Assembly: GCF_028641065.1 (NCBI RefSeq)
Contig: NC_073389.1
Span: 28,210,001 to 28,274,000 of the forward strand
Length of the DNA: 64,000 bases
Direction of reading: 5' to 3'
Source: Leucoraja erinacea
Lineage: Eukaryota
The notes under the pieces are model-generated. The model had not been told where the DNA came from, made no database searches, and worked only from the letters and a program-made list of their open reading frames with translations. Both the position numbers and the translations under genes were made by a program. Each line of letters opens with the position of its first letter. The stretch's first letter is position 1. Shown in pieces: positions 36,584-49,489 of this stretch.

Positions 36584-36887
36584 TTATAGTATTGCCTCAA
36601 CTACCTCCTCTGGCAACTTATTCCATTTACCAACCACTCTCTGTGTAAAAACGTTGGTGCTCACGTTCCTATTAAATCTTTCCCCTCTCACCCTAAACCT
36701 ATATCATCTGGTTCTTGATTCCTCTACTTTGGATAACAGACTCTGCATTTATCTTATCTATTCCCCTCAAGATCTCATGCACCTCTATAAGATCACCCCA
36801 TATCCTCCTGCACTGCTTCATGCTCAGCGGTGTTCACACCTAGACTGTCTTTAAACAAAACACCCTTGCCACTCTGCTCATGCAGGT

Positions 36888-36888
<1 letters not shown>

Positions 36889-36950
<62 letters not shown>
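36889..36950. repeat. Poly-C tract (about 60 bp; length unreliable)
   Basis: Directly visible. Confidence 0.9.
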
Positions 36951-36952
<2 letters not shown>

Positions 36953-37539
36953 GGTGACAGACCTTCCATTTTAATTTAAGAAAGAACTGCAGATGCATGT
37001 CGCCCTTCCCTTTTCTGTCTTTTGTGTTTTTAGTGGCCCTTTGGTTTCTAAGATTTGCATCTGAGAAAAGGGCAATTACCATGTTCCAAAACAATGCAAT
37101 CACAGGTTGGTCTGCTTAACCTCAACATTGAGGTTGTTGCCCTTCAGCGATAACATTAGCAGCTATTTAAACTCATTTGAGAGAGCCAGCAGGGATTTAT
37201 CAAAATCAAATTTCATCCATCAGTCACTTTTTGAAGAAGTGGAAAGAATCATATGGACATAACCAAAAGACATTGATAAGGTCGCACATCAAGGTTAAAG
37301 GGCTGTAGCAGCATGGACAAAAAGTAGGCTACATCACAGTAATGGCTTTTTTGTTGGGTTGTAGTGAAATGTATAGTGGAATTCTTAAGGGAAGGCCATA
37401 GGCTATTGTTCTTAATATCCATTAATGACTTGGACTTGAGAGGTCAGGCACAATATTCAAATTTACAGACAATGCAATACTTAGCACCATCCAGTATAAT
37501 ACCTCGAGGTATATACACTGTACCATCCACAGCAAAGCT

Positions 37540-38248
37540 CAGCAATGCCTTTGAGGTTTGAGGAGATTCAACATGTAGCCAAATGCTCTCAAACTTCTGC
37601 AGGTGGAGAGCACACTGATTGGCTGGATCACAGTGTGCTTCAGTGATTCAAATACAGGTACTTAAAAATTAATGAACCTGCAGAAAATGGTGGACATTGC
37701 ACGGTCCATCACAAGTATTGATGTCCCCACCATTGAAGGGATATCTACAGGAAGTCCTGCCTCAAGAATGCAGCTAATATCATCAAAGTCCCACAACACC
37801 TTAATCACACTCATCTCACTGCTACCATCAGAACGAAGGTACAGGAGCCTGAGATCAGTGACCTCCACGTTCAAGACCAGCTTCATCCCTTCAAGTATCA
37901 TGTTCTTAAACCACCCTGCACCCTGCACATCTATCACACACGGTGCCTCAGGAAGGCCGTCAGCATCCATAAAGACTCCTCACACCCTTGTAACGGACTG
38001 GTCGAACTACTTCCCTCCGGCAGACGTTACAAGGCCTTCTACGCCCGAACCTCCAGACTCAGAAACAGCTTCATTCCCAGAGCTATAGCGGCTCTGAACC
38101 GGCCCTGCTGAGTGCCCCCTATCCCCCCTGGACTGTCTCCCTCGGATGGTCACGTCCCACAGCTTATTTATTTATTTTACTTTTCTTTTACATCGGTTGG
38201 AAGCTGCATACTAAATCTCGTTGCACTGATGTGCAATGACAATAAAAA

Positions 38249-38307
<59 letters not shown>
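37540..38307 (+). mobile_element. Two adjacent Rex1-type LINE 3' fragments ending in an (ATT)n tail
   Basis: LLPSERRYRSLRSVTSTFKTSF and LLPSGRRYKAFYARTSRLRNSF motifs; AATAAA then (att)n at 38250-38307. Confidence 0.7.
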
Positions 38308-38309
<2 letters not shown>

Positions 38310-38929
38310 ACTCTCACTACAACCCCACCACAGCACTGAACAATGAACTTCACACTGCAATGCAATGCTACATATTCCTGCTTGCCCAATCTTGTTCTGG
38401 TTTACCTGGAATAACTGATAGTTTTCTGCATTATTGTTTATTTATTTGTTGCTGCTGCATTCATATCATAATAAACCTGAAACAATTAAATTTTCATTGT
38501 TAGGCATATTACAATTCAACACTCTTGAAGTTTGGAAGCCTTGATGTCAATGGGTTTTCTTTAATCCTTGGAACTCTCCTGTTAACCCTACAGAACTTTT
38601 GGAAGTTTTAATTATATTTTCCTTGAATTCCAATATTATTTATGAGATAACTGTGCACAAGATGGTTGCCTTCCTTATTCATATCCACATGTATGTGTCC
38701 TTATACTCATTTACTTTCCAGGTCTGCTTAAGGTGTTGATGGAGTATGCCGGGTTACTTTACAGAGGTCTGGTAAGTCTCTGTAAGTGGTAGGTCTGGAG
38801 TGGATGCCATAGCATAGAACATTAAGAACGGGTGCCTGACACCCCCACTCTGTCCTTGGTTTGCAAGAATGAAACAACCAATCAACAGATCAACCAATAA
38901 TTTAGTTTACTTTAAAACCATCAAACATG

Positions 38930-39120
38930 ATTAAGTTATCAGCCACTATGTCAAAGAAATATCAGGAACTAAATGCACAATCTGGATGTTGCTTCATGTG
39001 CGCAGAGTTTAGTTATTAATCATTTTACACTAATCTAAACAGTGTCGATATCTGTGGAATGTCATTCCTGAGCGTGATTGGTTGAAGGTGTGACATCATG
39101 TCACTGCTATAAAAGGTATA
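38930..39120 (+). promoter_or_regulatory. ATP4B proximal promoter (TATA, inverted CCAAT, GATA site)
   Basis: TATAAAA at 39108-39114, about 95 bp upstream of the ATG; GATTGG at 39076-39081; TTATCA (WGATAR) at 38936-38941. Confidence 0.6.
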
Positions 39121-39205
39121 GTAGGTCCTCCCTCCCCCTGAAATCTCCCTGAATTGCCTCGCACTGTGAAATCCCCCCATTTGGAGCTGTAACACCTTGG
39201 GGAAA

Positions 39206-39317
39206 ATGGCTACCTTCAACGAGAAGAAGACATGTGGCCAGCGCATGGAAGGCTTCAAACGCTTCATTTGGAATCCAGAAGCAAAGGAAATTATGGGGAG
39301 GACACCTGGAAACTGGG
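39206..39317 (+). CDS. ATP4B: Gastric H+/K+-ATPase beta subunit, exon 1. CDS join: 39206-39317, 40517-40645, 43125-43229, 44446-44648, 47063-47119, 48117-48212, 48291-48452 (864 bp, 287 aa)
   Basis: [37 protein letters not shown] |gtagga, compared with human [24 protein letters not shown]. Adjacent to GRK1, as in human. Confidence 0.93.
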
Positions 39318-40516
39318 GTAGGAGAGACTGCAAGATAGACATAGGACAGGAAGACTTCAGGTGGCAAATTCTTGAATGGCACAGAGGACGAGTAGTTGAT
39401 TTAAAAAAAAAACTGTGTTCATACAGTGGTCTGAATAGCCACCTGAGCCAGGTGGGGGGCAGGTGGATAAGAGTTGGTTTTGGCATAATGTTTGGCACAG
39501 ACATTGTGGGCCAAATAACCTGTTCTTGTACTGTACTATGTTATGTTCTATGTTCTAAAATAAGATTATGAGAAGAGTTTGGGATAAATGGATTAATTTT
39601 TAATTGATATAATATTGTGGGGAGTATGTGGGGTAGGTGGATTTGTTTTGAATTGATCCAGGGTTACGGGGAGAGTATGGGATAGTTGGATTAGTTTTGA
39701 ATGATACAGAAAGTGGGGAAAAAGTGGGGTAGTGCGATTAGTACTGATGAGGACTACCGCAAAAGAGTGGGGCAGTAGGATTTGGATTGCACTTTGGATC
39801 GTTCTAGCACATATTCTGGTCTAATCTGGTGGGGGGTGATTATCATATTTTTGTGTTGCATTTTTATATTATTCAATATAATTCTATCTAACTGCAAAGT
39901 AAATGCAGATTCAGTGGCAGATAGAAAATCTGGAACATCAATATTTTTAAATGGTTTTGTTTTGTATTTTTCTGAAAATATTCAGGTGAGTTCACGCTGT
40001 TATTTGTGCAGAATAAGTTATTTGACACGATGCAGTGGCCAATTCAGACCAGTTTGTCTGTTGTTTTCTCTTTATTGATTCACAGAATGTGGACAGAGCT
40101 GGCTTTTAGTACTCACCTCTAATTGTCCTTGGACTGAGGTGTTAAGTGTCAACTATTAATAGTATCCAAAGACCATTTCTGTTAACTGCCTCTGGTTTGT
40201 CATAAAACATTGCATGTAGATGAACAAGGGGAATGGGTCACAAATTGAATTATGTTCATTTTTTTAATGATAAGTAACATTTAAAATGGAAGGTATCTGA
40301 CAGGAAGTGTATGATTTAGCAGAAAAATGAAAGGCAGATTAGCTCTGCAGAGGCAACTGAGGACCATGCTGATTAAATTGGAGAACGATGGAAGGGATAG
40401 GGCAAGTAGTGCATATATTCAGATCCAATCTGGTGGGGATGATCATCATGTTTTTGTGGTACATTTTTATGTTATTCCATACAATTCTATCTAACTGCTC
40501 ATTGCTTCTCTCCTAG

Positions 40517-40645
40517 TTCTCATCAGCCTGTATTACGCGGCCTTCTACGTTGTAATCTGCTTACTGTTTGCCCTGTCCTTGTTTGTGCTGTTATATACAA
40601 CAGACCCATACATACCGACTTATCAAGACAGACTCAAAGCACCAG
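40517..40645 (+). CDS. ATP4B: ATP4B exon 2 (transmembrane helix)
   Basis: ttctctcctag| (V)[42 protein letters not shown](G) |gtaag. Confidence 0.95.
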
Positions 40646-43124
40646 GTAAGGCTTTGAGCTCACCTGTGAAATTGTTGGTGGGACTCAGTTAGTGGTTCTT
40701 AGCAGTATGGTTCCTCAGTAAACCATGTCTTCTGCAAATCTATACAATGTATTTCACAGCCACATTATATTTTACATTTTTGTACAGTGGTACCCGCTTA
40801 GCACTACCCCACAGAGCACTATTAAAAGTGCGCAAAAAAGGTTCGACCAGCCCCGACGCGAGGTTCAGTCGCCCGGAGAGCGGGGGAGCTGACATCCCCC
40901 CGATGCGGGAGCTGATCGCCTCGATGCGGAGGGCCCAATTGCCGCTGGCTACGGGAGTCAAGATCGTCCTGTTAACGGGGGCTCAAGGCCCACAACCGAG
41001 GAAGAACTAAGGGAAGGACTTGAACTTTATTTCGCCTTCCATCACAGAGGAATGTGTAGGAGTCACTGTGGTGGATGTTCATGTTAAAATGTGTTTTTGA
41101 CTGGTCTGTTGCTTTTAAATTTCTCGTATATTGCAATACATACTTGGCGAATAAAGTGTGATTCTGATTCTGATTCTGAATACAAACTGTTGGAGGAAGT
41201 CAGCAGGTCAGGTAACATCAGTGGAAGAAAATGGTCAGATGGCATTACAAGCCGGGACCCTTCTTCAGATTGATGAGGTAGAGGGCACATTGCTGGTAGA
41301 GAGAGGTGAGGAGATGAGGGGGTGAAGAGAAGAGGTGGGGAAAGAGATGGCAAATGATCAGTGGATTTGGGTGAGGAGGGTCAATTGACAGAAGAGTCAG
41401 GTGGGGTAAAGAAGAGTGGATATAGTAACCAAGGCTGGAGGTGATAAGTGTAGAAGGCACTTACTGTACACCATCTGCTTGCCCCAGTCATTCCCCTCAC
41501 CTCTCTCTGCCAGTTATCTCCCCTCTACTCCATCAGTCTGAAGACGAGTATCCATTCAAAATATCGATTGTCCATTTCCCTTCATAGGTGTTGCCTGTAC
41601 TCTGAGTTACTGCAGCAGTTTATTTTTTGTTACAGATTCCATCACCTGCAGTCTCTCATCTGTCTTCTGATGGTAGTTGTTATGTCTCTTCCAGTCCATT
41701 CTCTCTAGTAACTTTCCGACCACAGATGTTAGACTCCCAGGCTTTTCTCTGCAGTCCTTCATAACATTTGACATCTTCCAGTCTTCCGGCACCTCACCCC
41801 TATTTAATGATGACGCATAAATCTCACCTAGGGCACCTGTAATTTCTTCTTTAGCTTCCCACAGTGTCCTCAGATATATCTGATCAGACCTGGGAAATTT
41901 GTCTTAGTTCATACCCGTTTTGACCTTCAGCACCTTCTCGACTGTAATACTGACTGCCTTCAAGACACTTCCATTGACTGCCCCAAGTTCCTCATGTCTT
42001 TCTCAATACAGGTAGTAGAAAACAGAGGAGAAATACTTGTTGAGGACCTTCTATATCCCCTTTTGGCTCTACACAGAATAGTTGACCACTATTCTCTCCG
42101 TGGTTACCCTTTCCTCCTTAATGTACTTGTAAAATCTCTTAGGGTTATCCTTAATATTATCTGCCAAAGCTATCTCCTGTCCCCATTTTGCCCTCCTGAT
42201 TTTCTTTTTTACTTCTGTGTTCTGCTGTGATGAATAACTAGCACAAATCCTACCCTCATCTTGTGCTTTCCCCACCATCGACATGTCCCCACCTCAGTAT
42301 AGATAGAAGGTGGAAGGCTTGCAACAAGGTTGCTCAGTGCTGAAATATGTGGTTCAGGCACCCACCCTGGCGGTGAGTGTGTGCCATTGCAGGTGACTGA
42401 GAATACTTTAGACTCTAGATATTAGAGATACAGCACAGAAACAAGCCCTTCGGCAACCGACTTCATGCTGATAATCGATCCCCATACACTAGCACTATCC
42501 TACACCTTAGGGACAATTTACAATTTTACCGAAGCCAATTAACCTACAAACCTATACGTCTTTGATCTGTCTGTCTTTGGCAGATAATCCATGGTCCAGT
42601 ATGCTCGTTCTTTGAGTTGGACTATCCACCTACTGTTCCTAGAAACTCTCTTGGATGCACTTAAACATTCTGCCCTGTCTATGCCTTTTGCAATAAGGAA
42701 GATCCAGTCAATACTGGGGAAGTTAAAGTCATCCATTATGACAACCATATTGCTTGTACATCTTTGTGTAATCTGCCTGCATATGTGTTCCTCCATCTAC
42801 TGCTATAGTATAAACCCATTAGAGCAATTGCACCTTTCTTAATTTGTGAGCTTTACCCATATTGCCTTAGTGGATGAGAACAGTTTTAACATAATTTTTG
42901 TTATAAAAATTAAATTTCTTTATGGGATGACTGCTTTGTATGAAAATGTCCTTGTCTTTCCAATTTAGTGGTACCTTTGTTGCTATTGTCTATATACCAT
43001 ATGATACGATAGAACTTTATTTATCTCAGGAGGGAAGTTGGTCTGCCACCAGTCATAAAACACAAGATACATGAAGCATGAAATTAAAGTGATGTGTGCA
43101 TATTTGCATTGTGTTCTCTCATAG

Positions 43125-43229
43125 GTGTGACGATACAACCACAACCAAAACATTTGAGGATCAACTTTAATATTTCAGATCCAAAGACATGGCACTGTTA
43201 CGTCCACGAGCTTCAGCATTTTCTTTCAG
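43125..43229 (+). CDS. ATP4B: ATP4B exon 3
   Basis: ttctctcatag| GVTIQPQPKHLRINFNISDPKTWHCYVHELQHFLS |gtagag; phases are consistent. Confidence 0.9.
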
Positions 43230-44445
43230 GTAGAGGTGGATAGGCACAAGTCCATGTGTAGATTGTTGCCGGGCAGATCTAATGCAAAATGCAACACATA
43301 ATTAAAGACGCAGAAATGTGGATTTATTTAGTTTTTGATTCAGCCTTGATTCAGTCTTGCTTTAACAAGAGACCAAAACATATTCATATTATTCAGTGAA
43401 TAACATTCCTGAAGCCATATTTATATCCAGTCATTCATTAATACTAAACAATTATTTCACTTACTGTTATCTTCCCACAGTCAGATCCCCCCAGTCAGAT
43501 GGCCCTTACAGTCAGATCACCCCCACAGTCAAACTGCCCCCACAATCAGACTCCCACTCTCACCCTCACCCTCGGTCAGACCACACCCACAGTCAAACCA
43601 ACCAAACAGTCAAACAAGCCCCCCAGTGAAACACCATCATTTAAGAATAAGGGGCAGGCCATTTAGGACTGAGATAAGGAAAAACCTTTTCACCCAGAGA
43701 GTTGTGAATCTGTGGAATTCTCTGCCACATAAGGCAGTGGAGGCCAATTCACTGGATGTTTTCAAGAGAGAGTTAGATTTGGCTCTTAGGGCTAAGGGAA
43801 TCAAGGGATATGGGGAAAAAGCCAGAACAGGGTACTGATTTTAGATTTCTATGTTTCAATGTCAGATATCCTCACATTCAAACTATGCACACAGACAGAC
43901 CTCCCCCACAGTCAGATCACCCCATAATCTGATTAACCCAAGATATAAACATAGGTTTACACAACACCACGGAAACCTATTTATGCGATCAAACCCATGC
44001 CAACTCTTTGGAAATGCACACTTCTTATTCCCTTTCTCCAAAGTCCAACAAATGTTTCACTTTTGATTGACATTAAATTCCCTTTTGAGAAGTTACTATT
44101 TAATAGTGTCCACCACCTTTTCAGTTTATCCAGTTGCCAATGATCAACCCTCAACTGGGATAAACCTGGAACAAAAAGAACATTTCCATGCACTTTGCTT
44201 ACCATTTTGTAAAGTTACCATTCTTCTCTGAAGCTGTGTCATCCCCAGAATTACCCTTGTAGTTCAAACACCCTCACCCCTCCACACGTCACTGTTGGCT
44301 CCCGAGAACTGTAGCCTGAGCTCTCTCTGCATGATGTTCCAGGAGCAGGAGTACATTTGTGCTGTTTGTTTCATTTTGAATTTGTAGAGCACTGTGTAAT
44401 TTACTGCCTCCCTCTCGAGCTCTGATTTCTGTCTTTATCTATTAG

Positions 44446-44648
44446 TGTATAATCAGTCAGCCCAGGAAAAAATAAACCGCAACTGCACCAGTGGCAACTA
44501 TACTTTCCAAGATGGGTCTGGGATTGGCCCTAATTCAAAATTTGCCTGCCAGTTTACTCGAGACATGCTGAAGAATTGCTCTGGACTGGAGGATCCCACT
44601 TTTGGATACAAAACTGGTCAACCCTGCATCTTAATCCGAATGAACAGG
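44446..44648 (+). CDS. ATP4B: ATP4B exon 4
   Basis: tttatctattag| (V)YNQSAQEKINRNCTSGNYTFQDGSGIGPNSKFACQFTRDMLKNCSGLEDPTFGYKTGQPCILIRMNR |gtatgt. Confidence 0.95.
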
Positions 44649-45671
44649 GTATGTCTGCTTGGAAAGGACAAATGTAGAAGATAATAGAATGTCAATATGG
44701 TTACAATAGAGAAGGTGTCATTTAGCCTATCATGTCAGGATCAGATTTTTACTACAGAAAGTCATCAATTCCAGCTTTGGCCTTGAAAATTATTCCTCTC
44801 GGTATGTTTATATAATCTCACTTGAAGGCCACATTGAAACCTACCAGTGCACTCCAGATTGCAGCCACTTGCCGTCTAAAATAGATTTTCCTCAAGACAG
44901 GATTGATTCCCTTGCCGTTTATTTTTGTAATTCCCTAACCACTCCAACAAGGGGAACAGCCTCCCATTATCCACTCTGTTTTAACCTCTCACCATTTTGT
45001 ACACTTCTATGATATCTATCCTTCTTCTCCTCAAACATAAAAATAAATACACTCTCCAATCACTCTCCTATGTAATACCTGTTGGTACACCTCCTCTCTC
45101 ACTTCTATCCAGGGACCCCTTCCAGCTGAGACAAAGGTTCACATGCATCTCTTCCAACCTTGTCCACTATATTCGCTGCTCCCAATGATGTCTCCTTAAC
45201 ATTGGCAAGAACAAGCATAGACTTGTGTCTCCACTCTCCAATCTATTCTTGCAACTGTAGTCCATCATCCCAGAACACATCCCTGTAAGTCTTCTCGAGG
45301 TTCTCTTTACTAAAGAGGGTGGTTTTGAAGATAGTGAAGATGGTTATAAAGTACTGCAGCAGGATCTTGGTTAGTTGGGCAGGTGGGCTTGAGGGATGGT
45401 TGATGGAATTTAATACAGAAAATGTGAGAAGTTGCATTTTGGGAAGTTAACATGGGCAGGACCAACACAGTGAATGGTAGGGCTCTAGGGAGTGTTGTAG
45501 AGCAGTGGGACCTAGGGGTGCAGATATAGAGTTCCTTGAAAGTGGCATCACAGATAGATAGGGTGGTCAAAAAGGTTCTGTCACATCGACCGTCATCAGA
45601 GTATTAAGTATAGAGGTTGGGAGATCGTGTTATATTTATGTAAGACTTAGGTGAAGCCGCATTTAGAGTGT

Positions 45672-45978
45672 TCAGTTTAGTTTAGTTGAGAGATACAGCG
45701 CGGAAACAGGTCCTTCGGCCCACTGAGTCCATGCCGACCAGCAATCACCACACAGTGACACCATCCCACACACACTAGGGACAATTTGCAATGATACCAA
45801 GGCAATTAGCCTACAAACCTGTATGCCTTTGGAATGTGGGAGGAAACTGGAGATCCTTGAAAAAACCCACACAGGTCACGGGCAGAACGTACAAACTCCG
45901 TACAGACGGCACCCATAGTCAGGATTGAACTCGGGTCTCTGGTGCTGCAAGGCAGCGACTCTACCATTGCCACCATGT
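45672..45978 (-). mobile_element. HE1-like V-SINE inserted into a plus-strand CR1 fragment (about 45310-46170)
   Basis: CR1 sequence is continuous on both sides of the SINE. Confidence 0.75.
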
Positions 45979-47062
45979 GGTTAAGTTGGATAGGGTGCAA
46001 AGACGATTTACAAGGATAATGCCAGGGCACAGGAGCCTGATCTATAGGGAGGTAGAGCAGGCTGGGACCCTTCCTTGGAGCGCAGGAGGATGAGGGGTCA
46101 TCTCATAGAAGTGTACAAAATCATGAGAGGAATAGATTGGGTAAACACACAGAGTCTCTTGCCCAGAGTAGATTTCTCTTGCTTCCCTTCTCTCTCTGTC
46201 CCCCCCCCCCCCCCCCCCCCAATCCTAGTTTTCCGACTAGTTTTGTCCTTCTGATTAATTTACTGATCATATCTTTGTCACCTTCCACTTAGCTAACAAT
46301 GAACCACTCTACATTTCCTTATCATTATCTGCTTTGATCTGTTATTTTCACACCTTACCCCACCATCTAGTATTTCTAGACTCGAGGGCCTAAGCTATAG
46401 GGAGAGGTTGACCAGGCTAGGACTTTATTTATTGGAGCACGAGGACAAGAAGTGATCTTATAAGTGCATGTATAAGATCATGAGGGGAATAGACAGGATA
46501 AATGCATAGATATAAATAAATAGTCATGAAGGGTATGAATAAAGTGAATGCTCAAAGACTTTTTCCCGGGGAAGAAAATTCGAATATTAGATAACATTTT
46601 CACTCAGAGGTCATTATCTGGAAGCAGCTGCCAGAAAGCCAGAGAAGCAGATACAATTATGAATTTCAAAAGACATTTGAACAGAGTTATGGATTGAAGG
46701 AATATGAATTATTGAAAGCAAATGGGTCAACTTGGTCGGCATGGACAAGGTGGGCTGAAGGGCCTGTTTCTGTGCTGTATAGCTCCATGACTCTACAACT
46801 CAATAGGTCCTCCTGAGAGAAGTACTGAACCTCTTGTGGTTTGAGGAATGTGCCACTTGACTCAGTACTGCACTGGGAACTGTTAAACTGGCTCACCAAT
46901 CTGGTTTGGGACTTGTGTTCACAATGTTCTAACAGTGGCGGTTGAGGTGATATTTGTCACATAAAAGTAACTGAGTTATGAGCAGCTTAATGCAATTATT
47001 CGATATTTTGAAGGGCATTGCACAAGGATGTCCAATTAATGAGTTTCCAATTGAAATTTCAG

Positions 47063-47119
47063 ATTATCAATTACTTGCCTGGAAATGGAACCACCCCAAA
47101 CGTGACTTGTGCGGTTCTG
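47063..47119 (+). CDS. ATP4B: ATP4B exon 5
   Basis: atttcag| IINYLPGNGTTPNVTCAVL |gtgagt. Confidence 0.9.
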
Positions 47120-47382
47120 GTGAGTACTAAGACATGAAACCTCATCAGTTGAGGATTGTGAAGATGATAACTAAATTGCAGAATCAGGCAGTTCCTTGGA
47201 ATTGCCCCTATTTTACAGTCTGAATTTCACAGTGAGTACAGTGAAGCCAGGTAATGTCCCTGCCACACTTGTGCCAAAGTAACCCCAGAGGAGTTCTTGG
47301 GAAATACTCAGTGAGGGCAAGGGGTCTCATCAATACATTGATTACTATATCCAGGCATCGCAGCCTAGAATTTACAGAAGAG

Positions 47383-47675
47383 TTTAGTTTAGTTTAGAGA
47401 TACATGGAAACAAGCCAAACAGCTCACCAAGTCCACGCTGACCACAGTTTATACTAAATCTATGTTATCCCATGTTTGCACCCACACAAGAGGTAATTTA
47501 CAGAGGCCAATTAATCTGCAAACCTGCAGGTCTTTAGGACTTGGGAGGAAACTAAAGCACCCAGAGGAAACCCAAAGATTGTATGCAAACTCCACACAGG
47601 CAGCAACTAAGGTCAGGATCAAAGCAGGATCTCCAGTGCTGTGAGTCAGCAGTTCTACCAGCTGCACCACTGTGG
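47383..47675 (-). mobile_element. HE1-like V-SINE
   Basis: (gttta)n tail, core and head. Confidence 0.7.
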
Positions 47676-48116
47676 CACTCATAAAAGTGCTTCCATTAAT
47701 TCTGGAGTTACTATTCCCAGCCTGTTGTATATTTGTAGAACACAGAACAGTACAGCACAAGAACAGGCCCTTCGGCCCACAATGTCTGTGCTGAACATGA
47801 TGCCGAGACCCTCTCTATCTACTTGTATGTAATCCATATCCTTCTATTCCCTGCATATCCATATGCCTATCCTAAAGTCTCTTAAATGCCACTATCATAT
47901 TTACCTTAAACACCATCCCCAGCAGTGTGTTTCAGGCACTCGCCACTGCCTGTGTAAAAAAATTGCCCCCACATCTCCTTTACAAATAGCAATGGTCAAA
48001 TTAATATTGCTTATATAACAGCAAATCCAGTATCCTTTTATCATGCCCTTTTAAAATTGTAACCATACTTTTTTTATAAGAAGCAATGAATCTGACATTC
48101 CTGTTTTGAACTGCAG

Positions 48117-48212
48117 CATGCCTATCCGGAGAATATTGGAAATGTGGTATTTTATCCTGAAAATGGCACCTTTGACCTTTCATATTTTCCTTACTATGGC
48201 AGGCAGCCACAG
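48117..48212 (+). CDS. ATP4B: ATP4B exon 6
   Basis: ctgcag| HAYPENIGNVVFYPENGTFDLSYFPYYGRQPQ |gtaag. Contains the conserved YFPYYG motif. Confidence 0.93.
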
Positions 48213-48290
48213 GTAAGGAGCCTCATTCTATTTACGAGACATTTTACCCTTTGACTGCCAGATACAGGAATAACCCGTGTCTTTCCACAG

Positions 48291-48452
48291 CCAAACTACA
48301 CCAATCCATTGGTTGCAGTAAAATTCCTGACTCTGAAAAAGGACAACAAAGTTGAAATTCAATGCAAGATTAATGCGCCGGGAATGATCAGTGACAACCC
48401 CTATGAAAAATTTGAAGGACGGGTCATCTTTACACTGGATATCAAGAAATGA
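48291..48452 (+). CDS. ATP4B: ATP4B exon 7 (terminal)
   Basis: ctttccacag| PNYTNPLVAVKFLTLKKDNKVEIQCKINAPGMISDNPYEKFEGRVIFTLDIKK* (TGA at 48450-48452), preceded by a 78-bp intron. Confidence 0.94.
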   Translation, partial: PNYTNPLVAVKFLTLKKDNKVEIQCKINAPGMISDNPYEKFEGRVIFTLDIKK

Positions 48453-49489
48453 ACATGATCTGAAGGAAAAAGTCTACAGTGATGTGTTTTGGATATATTT
48501 ATACTTTGCATTTTCAGACAAGGTTGCAGATATTTAGTGCAACACACCTTCATTTCTATCTATAATATATTCTTCAGCATGGAATCCATATAAACATAGT
48601 ATGCCGATTACCGAATGTGCTGAGTGGCCTGAATTTATCTTTGGTAAATCCTATTATAAGACGTCAGTATTTAACTGCTGCAACATTAAGCCTGTGTGTG
48701 GCACTGAGGTGGGTATTTATCTCCAGTAAAATGTCACACAGGCCTCTTCATTTCCTCACACTCCTCCTCGTAATCATATGACACTCGCCTTCTCAGTTCC
48801 GTGCCTCTACCCTCCTATCTCATTCCCATCCCTCACATTTGTTCACCTTCTCTCATTCCATCTTCTTCCTTCTTCGATGTCTCTCTCTCATTTATATTGC
48901 TCCAGTCCCCTTTTCTATCCCCTCTTCTCTTCCACCTTCCCATCCCTTTCTTCCTCTGCCATAGTCCAGCTTCTAGTTTCTCACTTGACTTGAATATTAC
49001 TCCTCATTATTTTTTTTATACCTATTTTTCTTCACTGTATCTCACATTCCTGAGCCTCACTTAAGATCAATTTCAAAGAATTAGCAACTCCTTTCGGTAT
49101 TTTTATGACAATTGATGTATATTTTAGTAATTTCTTATAGAATTAGAGACACAATTGGACTGAATGAAGTCACTCAGCTTGTGTCCTGCATATGCACCAA
49201 CAAACTGAATTAATGTTGCTCCTTTAATGTGGAAAACCTCTGGTCTTACATCCTTTCCCATTTCATTCAATATGTGTTTATGGCCATTTTCAGGCAACGG
49301 GTCCAATCTGCTGCTCACCTGCTACATTCCCGATGAGGTGAGCCTCAACGTTCATTCTTTGGCTTCTTCATTGCCTCCTTGTTGCCTCCTAACCTGTGCA
49401 TTATTCAACTCTCCATCCAACATTCCCTAACCACACCATTCCTACTCTGCCAACAAACCCCAACACCCCCTCACCTCTCCGAATCCCTT

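Noticed and set aside
38112-38389. Poly-Ile membrane-protein-like ORFs
   Set aside because: These come from the (ATT)n tail of a LINE.
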